The notes below the pieces were generated by a model. That model was not told the DNA's origin. It ran no database searches and saw only the letters and a program-made list of their open reading frames with translations. From an uncultured Acidobacteriota bacterium (GTDB taxonomy: Bacteria > Acidobacteriota > UBA6911): a stretch of 64,000 nt of DNA. How positions within the stretch are numbered: the stretch's first letter is position 1; every line of letters begins with the position of its first letter. Of this stretch, positions 57,290 to 64,000 are shown one piece after another. A program made the position numbers and the translations under genes. The stretch lies in the NCBI GenBank assembly GCA_963827655.1, contig CAWHCF010000035.1, positions 1 to 64,000 of the forward strand. The letters run 5' to 3'.

Positions 57290-57750
57290 GTGGGTTTGAA
57301 GCGCAACTCGACGACCCGCGCCTTCCGCGGATCCATCTGCGCCAGCATGCCGAGCGCCTCATCGATGGCGACCAACTCGCGGTCCCGCGCGGACGACACG
57401 TCGGCGATCTGGTCCAGATCGACAGCCGTGGAGTGCTCCGCAAACGCAGCCCGGCCTCCGTGCTTGGCGGACTCGCGCACACGAGCTGCGTCCACCAGGA
57501 TCCGCCGCATCATCTGCGCCGCGACTGCGAAGAAATGAACGCGGTCCAGCCAGCCGACGTTCTTCACATCGACCAGCCGAAGGTAGACCTCATTGACGAG
57601 AGCCGTGGTCTGTAGCCGTGTTGCCTGCCCGTTCGTTGCGCATGTAGCGCCGCGCCAGCCGGCGCAGCTCGTCGTACGCACTTTCGAGGGCGGTATCGTC
57701 GGCGCTCCATGCCTTCAACAAACGAGTGATTTCTGTAGAAACGACCTCGG
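57290..57750 (-). pseudogene. Degenerate second TIGR02999-like ECF sigma factor
   Basis: LQTTALVNEVYLRL, FFAVAAQMMRRILVDAAR, RKARVVELRF, then breaks off. The 5' part is frameshifted. Confidence 0.8.
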
Positions 57751-57973
57751 TCATCGCTCCTCAAGAAAATCTTCAGGGCCATTGTAGTTTTTCCTTCCCG
57801 TTTTCGTTTACACGGTTGAGGCAACGCGACAGGAAGGTCACGGTGGTCGTTGCCTGAAGCGATTCTGGCGCCGGTGGCTGTAGTCGGCTCTCAACTCTGA
57901 GCTCTGTCTTCGCCCGACGGCACACGCGCCCGAAGCCCAATTCCACTTCCCCAATTCTACTTAAGGAGAAAAC

Positions 57974-59210
57974 ATGAAGAAGATGTTTGCTACGATGCTT
58001 TTTCTGTTCTGCTCGTGCGCGTACGGGCAGAACGTCGTCACCGACTGGGCGGCGATCGTTCAACCGGCGGTGAACAATCCCCCTGAAGCCGCCGGCAATC
58101 CAGATCGTACTCCGGGCCACTATTCATCTCGCCATGTATGACGCAGCCATCGCGATCCGGGCGGCTTCGAGCCCTACGGGGCGGCGATCTCGGGGCCGCC
58201 TGGTGCCAATGTCCGCGCGGCAGTCGCCACCGCGGCCTACCTCACGGCCCGCGCGCGCGTCGACCCCTCGCAGGTTCTGTACCTTGATACACAGTACGGC
58301 ACCTACATGGCAGCCATTGCGGACGGGCCTGCCAAGAGCGACGGCATCCAGGTGGGCCAGATTGCGGCTACCGTCATACTCGCTGTCCGCGCCAACGACG
58401 GGTTGAGTAACGTAGTTCTCTACCAGTGCAGCTCGAACCCACCGCCGGCCGGCGAGTTCGAGCCGGACGGCGGCTGCGGCACTCAGCCGGTCGGAGTCAA
58501 CATAGGCCAGATCACTCCCTTTACCTTCAGAAACCCGAGCCGCTTCCGCCCCGACGGTCCCAACCCGCTGACCTCGAACGCCTACACCGAGGACTTCATC
58601 GAGACTCGTGACTACGGGCGCTTCAACAGTACCTTCCGCACCGCCGAGCAGACCGACATCGCCTATTTCTGGGGGGCGGTGGACGTGCACCGGGGCTTTA
58701 TCGATCTGGCCGTCAGCCACGGACTGAACGTTCGCGACACGGCTCGGTTCTTCGCCCTTGTCTACACCGCAGCGGCCGACGCCAATATTGCCGGTTTCGA
58801 GACCAAGTATTTCTACCGGCATTGGCGGACCGCGAACGGCGATCCCCCAAGCCGACGACGACGACAATCCGGACACCGATCCCGACCCCACGTGGGTTCC
58901 GCTGCTCACGGTGAACCACCCGGAGTACCCTTCGGCCCACTCCTATTCATCTACGGCCTTTACTGACTCGATCGCGAGGTTCTTTGGCACGAACAAAGTA
59001 ACCTGGACCCTGACCGCCAGCAAAGCCATCTTTCCGCAGCTGGTTCAGACTGAGCGGACCTATAGGGACATGAACCGAATCATGCGTGAGATCGACGACG
59101 CGCGCGTCTGGGCCGGCCTGCACTGGCGGCATTCGATGCGCCACGGCGGCCAGATCGGCCGCAAGGTCGCCAAACACGTGTTCGACAATTTCTTCCGGCC
59201 AACGCCCTGA
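57974..59210 (+). CDS. Secreted vanadium-dependent haloperoxidase/PAP2 family protein (several frameshifts)
   Basis: AGGAG RBS, QNVVTDW, MYDA, KYFYRHW, HPEYPSAH, ARVWAGLHW. Confidence 0.85.
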
Positions 59211-59231
59211 CGGAGCCACGCGAGTGTGAAG

Positions 59232-59257
59232 AGAGCGCCGCCTCGGGGCGGCGCTCT
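59232..59257 (+). terminator. GC-rich hairpin after the haloperoxidase gene
   Basis: AGAGCGCCGCC-TCGG-GGCGGCGCTCT, an 11-bp stem. No U-tract. Confidence 0.5.
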
Positions 59258-59364
59258 GCTCCCCGACGATTTCAGGATGATCCCCGTGCGCTGTGCTGTT
59301 TGGACGCTCGAGCAAAGAAGTCGGGCTGTAACCATGCAGGACTCATTGGAAGGAGGAGGTCTCC

Positions 59365-60825
59365 ATGTTTTGGCAGACGATCCGGTGTCTTTTCTTGTGT
59401 TTTTGCCTTCTTGTCACGCTAGTCAGTCCGGCCGCCAGTGTACTCGGTCGCAAGAATTGAAGCGCCAGAAACGAGTGCCCAGACTCCTGGCACGTTCACG
59501 CCCACGGGCAACCTGACCACGCCTCGCTGGGGTCATACCGCCACACTGCTTCCCAACGGCAAGGTCTTGTTTGCCGGCGGCATCTCTGAATTCCCGCTGG
59601 CTCTGGCCAGCGCAGAGCTCTACGATCCTTCAACCGGGATGTTCACACCTGCGGGGGACATGACCACGCCACGCTCATTTCACACCGCAACACTGCTTCC
59701 CAATGGCAGTGTTTTGATCGTTGGCGGCAACTCTGCTTGGCTTTCAGAATTGCAACTGTACGCTGGCCAGCGCAGAGCTTTACGATCCTTCCACCGGGAC
59801 CTTCACCAGTCACGGGTTTGATGACCACGGCCAAGGCTACAGTCATGTCTGCAACACTACTCAATAGACGGCAAGGTCTTGATCACCGGCGGCTATCTCT
59901 AATCGGATTCTCGCCAACTGCGGAGTTCTACGATCCCTTCACGGGAACCTTCACGCCGTACCGGCGACATGACCAGGCCCGTGTTCCGGGGCAAGGGGAC
60001 CCTGCTCAATAACGGCAAGGTATTGATCAGCGGTGGGACAGCCGACGAGGGCATCATGGCCGAACTCTATGATCCCGACACCGGCACCTTCAGCCGGACG
60101 GGCGGGTTGGATCCACACTTGGGTGCGAACACGGCTACGTTGCTCACGAACGGCAAGGTTTTGGTTACGTTGGGCGCGGAAGAGCCGATTCGAACCGCGC
60201 AGCACTGTACGATCCCTCGACAGGAACATTCACTGCGACCGGGAACATGACCGGGTCGCGGCTTTTCCCTACAGCGACTCTGCACGCTGACGGAACAGTC
60301 CTGATCGCTGGCTCCGATTATAGAGACAACCGGTTTACGGCCGAGATCTACGATCCTGTGGCCGGCACGTTCTCGCCTACAGGGAACATGACCAGGGGCC
60401 GTCAACAAAATTACACAGCCACGCGGCTTCCCGATGGCACGGTCTTGATCGCTGGAGGGCTTGTGTGGGTGACGCCGGGCTTCCCTGGCTCTTACGCCGA
60501 CGGCAGCGCAGAGATCTTCACTCCGCCTTTGTACGTGACCTTCGATCCCAACACAGTCAGGCTCGGAGGATCGTTCACCGCCAGGTTCTCCGGTGCGAAT
60601 CTCACGGCCAACACCTATTTCGATGTCCGGTTCCGCCGCCCGGGCAGCTCGGTCGACGAAGTCGCCTTCGATTGGCAGCAAGGAACGTCGGCCCCGCATA
60701 CGATCGCGAGCGGGCTCGCATCAGGGACCTGGACCATCACGGGGGTGCGTGCGCATCAGAGCCTCGCCGACCATAGCGGCGACTTCTTTCCGGTCTTCGC
60801 GACTCTGACGGTATCGCCGTTTTGA
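59365..60825 (+). CDS. Secreted Kelch-repeat protein with a C-terminal domain of about 95 aa (frameshifted)
   Basis: Repeated [14 protein letters not shown]...AELYDP units; GGAGGAGG RBS. Confidence 0.85.
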
Positions 60826-60884
60826 AGCGGCGAGCAGGATGGGTTTCGTCTGTCGAGCTGCGTCCAAGCATTTCGGAGTCTTGA
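60536..60884 (+). repeat. Direct repeat of about 350 bp, copy 1 (C-terminal domain plus 3' flank)
   Basis: Aligns by eye with 63026-63373. Confidence 0.92.
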
Positions 60885-60945
60885 GACGAGACATGAAAAG
60901 CAAGCGGTAAGGTCTGGGGCTCGTGATCCGGACAAGGAGAGGGAA

Positions 60946-63316
60946 ATGTTGATTCGACGAGTTATCGGGCTGACGGTAATGGCCATAGTCGCCATTCAGG
61001 CGACAGGTGTGGGAACGCTCCGGGCGGCGATCAACACATGGACAAGCCTGGGACCGGAGGGTGGAGACTTTCACGTTCTAGGGGTTGACCCGCAGGATTC
61101 GAGGACCCTATACGCCGCTGGCACGGACAGCCTGTTCAAGAGCACAGATGGGGGAGCACGCTGGAAGGCGATAACCTTCACGACGTTCGGTGTCCGTTGC
61201 ATGGTTTTCGATCCGCAAAACACCCGCACGATATATGCGGGGACCTGGGAGGGCGGCATCTTCAAGAGCCGTGATGGAGGGGCGGTTTGGGAGGCAATGA
61301 GCTCCGGGCTGCCTGACCACGGTTTCGTTGATTCCCTGGTGATAGATCCACAAAACCCGAGGACACTATACGCAAGCCTGCGCTGGAATGAGCAAGGCGT
61401 TCGTAGTGGAATATTCAAGAGCACGGACGGGAGCCAGAGCTGGCGCGCGGCGATCCTCGGTCGGCAGGGCTACGTCTCTTCCCTGGCGATAGATCCACAA
61501 GACCCCAGGACATTATACGCAGCAGTACAACTTGACTACAATGGACGTGGGGGATTATCCAAGAGCACGGACGGAGGTATGAGCTGGACGCCCGTCCCGG
61601 CAATCGAGGCGATTGCGTATGGCGTGTTCGCGGTTGTAGTCGATCCACAACACCCGAACACACTCTATACGTCTGCTTGCCTGGGTTCAAATGAGGACTG
61701 TAGTGTCACTGTCCTGAAGAGCCCGGATCGAGGAACCAGTTGGACGGAGGTGAACTCCGGGCTGCCCACCCCCACTTGGGCTCCAATCGTCCTGGCGATT
61801 GACCCGCGGAACACGAACACGCTCTATACGGCGATCGGCCTTGGCCTGTTCAACAATACGCGTGGCCTGTTCAAGACTACGGATGGGGGAGCAAGCTGGA
61901 GTGCGGTGAACTTGGCGCCCGAGGAGCTTTTCCCCAACAACGTGGCGATTGATCCACAAAACACGGGCACGGTATACGCCGGCACCCGTGGCGGGGTCTT
62001 CAAGAGCACCGACGGGGGAACAAGCTGGAGTCCGGTGAACTCAGGGCTGGTCGCCACGACTGTTTTCAGCCTGGCGATCGATCCGAGTTCCCTAGTACCA
62101 TATACGCGGGAACTATTTGAGGGGGGGCTGGCGAAGAGCACGGATGCGGGAGCGAGCTGGAGTTGGTGGGCTCCGGACTCCGTTGATACATAGGGTGCCG
62201 CCGATTGGTCCCGCGATACGCATTGTATTGGCGGCGCCGGGTGCTGTGTACGCGAAGAGTCGTGGCGGGGTGTTCAAGAGCGCGGATGGAGGAGCGAGCT
62301 GGGCCGGGCTGCCGCTGCCTCTGGGCCCCCCCGAGGCGCTGGCTATTGATCCGCAAGATCCGAGGACACTCTACTACACCGCTGCCGGCTTCGGGTGGGT
62401 ATTCAAGAGCACCATGGGGGAACCAGCTGGGACCGGGTGAATACCCCGGACCCGTACGGGCTAACACACGCTACGATTTACACCCTGGCGATTGATCCGC
62501 AAAACCCAAGGACGATCTACGCGTTGGCCGGCCACTCAGAATTTCCGATATTCAAGAGTACGGATGGCGGTATGAATTTCAGTCCGGCCAGATCCGGGCT
62601 GCCGGACAGGTGCACTGTTTCCTCGCTCGTTATCGACCCGCAGCATCCGGGCACGCTCTATACAACTTTGAACGTGACGTCCTTCGCTAGTCCCCCGCCC
62701 GGGGAGCTGATCTACCGCAACCTGTTCAAGAGCACCGATGGGGGTGGATTCTGGGTGGCGGTGAACCCTGCCGGGCTGCCGAATGACCTGGGTCTTGACG
62801 AACTGGCAATTGACCCTCAGAACAGCAGGATGATGTACGGAACGAATTTCCCAGGAAGAGGCGTCTTCCGGAGCACGGACGCGGGAGCCAACTGGAGTGC
62901 GATGAACTCGGGGCTGACGTCGCTCTGGGTGACCACCCTGGCCATTGACCCATTGACGAGCACGGTATACGCCGGAACCGGCGGCGGCGGTGTGTTTGCA
63001 TACACCCCTGTGTCAGTTTCTGCGCTGACCTTCGATCCCACGACCGTCCGGCTCGGTGAATCGTTCACCGCCAGGTTCTCTGGTACGAATCTCACGGGCC
63101 AACTCTTATTTCGATGTCCGGTTCCGCCGCCCGGGCAGCTCAGTCGACGAAGTCGCCCTCGACTGGCAGCAAGGACCGTCGGCAGCGCATACGATCGCAA
63201 GCGGCATCGAAATAGGGACCTGGACCATCACGGGCGTGCGGGCGCATCAGAGCCTCGACGACCACAGCGGCGACTTCTTTCCGGTCTTCGTCACTCTGAC
63301 CGTATCGCCGTTTTGA
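60946..63316 (+). CDS. Secreted BNR/Asp-box (VPS10-like) propeller protein with the same C-terminal domain (frameshifted)
   Basis: Signal peptide and many IDPQNP.TLYA...FKSTDGG.SW repeats. Confidence 0.87.
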
Positions 63317-63373
63317 AGCGGCAGGATAGGTTTTTGTCTGTCGAGTTGCGTCCAAGCATTTCGGAGTTCTTGA
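63026..63373 (+). repeat. Direct repeat of about 350 bp, copy 2
   Basis: Aligns by eye with 60536-60884. Confidence 0.92.
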
Positions 63374-63642
63374 TTTCTGTGGAACAGATGGCCTAAGCTG
63401 CCAGCACATTTTATTGCAGGAGTCCTCCGCTGAAGTGAAGTCCCCCGGTTAAGAAACGCCTGACGTTGTCCGGCGAACTGATCTCTGAGTCTGCTGTGAA
63501 CGTTGGTCGAGAACCGCCGTCTCAGGGATTCCTATCCCGTGACCGATTCGTGCGCTCTTTTCCGCTTGTGTGGTTGAACCAGTGTAGGCGACCACACGCG
63601 AGAGCGCGTGGGTCACAGACTGCACTGCGGAAAAGAGGCCTT

Positions 63643-64000
63643 ATGAATCGGTACGTAAATCTCATGGTAGTTAGTGTTGCTGAGCGCCCCTGCGTTGAAT
63701 GCCGCCAGCCTTCCGACTGGGTTTTCCCGAAACTCAGATCGCAACCGGTCTCTTCAATCCGACCGCAGTGGCTTTGACTCCTGACGGACGGATCTTCATT
63801 TGCGAACAATGGGGAAGTCTTCGGGTTATCAAGAACGGGACCCTGCTGTCCACGCCGTTCGTGGACGTTGCGGGGAGCTCTTCCGGCGAGCGTGGTTTGC
63901 TTGGGGTCGCATTTCACCCCAATTTCACGTTCAACCAGTATGTCTACGTCTACTACACTGCGACCTCACCGGCGATCCACAACCGGATCAGCCGGTTCAC
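63643..64000 (+). CDS. PQQ-dependent sugar dehydrogenase (GSDH family), 5' partial, frameshifted
   Basis: LPTGFSETQIATGL, PDGRIFICEQ, GERGLLGVAFHPNF..NQYVYVYYT...HNRISRF. Confidence 0.85.

Noticed and set aside
57260-57305. attC-like half site truncating the ECF pseudogene
   Set aside because: Neither the core sites nor a complementary arm can be identified.
60946-63000. Recurring ttcaagagcacggatgg-like motifs as a DNA repeat array or DGR
   Set aside because: Explained by BNR protein repeats. No reverse transcriptase is present in the window.

Overview
Bacterial DNA, most consistent with Acidobacteriota (TonB/CRTAC1/TPR/multiheme cluster, ECF-Ser/Thr kinase pairs); this is an inference from gene content. 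Many recognisable genes are split by single-base frameshifts, probably long-read indel errors. 1-20 kb: an accessory zone with gene fragments, two IS91-type remnants, duplicated cupin/NmrA genes, Fe-S and ferritin-like genes, and a GC-rich segment. 20-36 kb: mostly housekeeping (osmoprotectant ABC transporter, S9 peptidase, heme c/copper monooxygenase-like protein with qor, ECF/anti-sigma, mutS2, class A PBP). 37-43 kb: a two-gene locus for an exported PEP-synthase-like dikinase and an L,D-transpeptidase-like protein, then a RAYT element bounded by a perfect 25-bp inverted repeat. 43-64 kb: TonB cluster, a candidate selenoprotein barrel (in-frame TGA plus SECIS-like hairpin), ECF-kinase pair, vanadium haloperoxidase-like gene, and two secreted propeller proteins sharing a duplicated C-terminal domain. 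No rRNA, tRNA or CRISPR array was seen.
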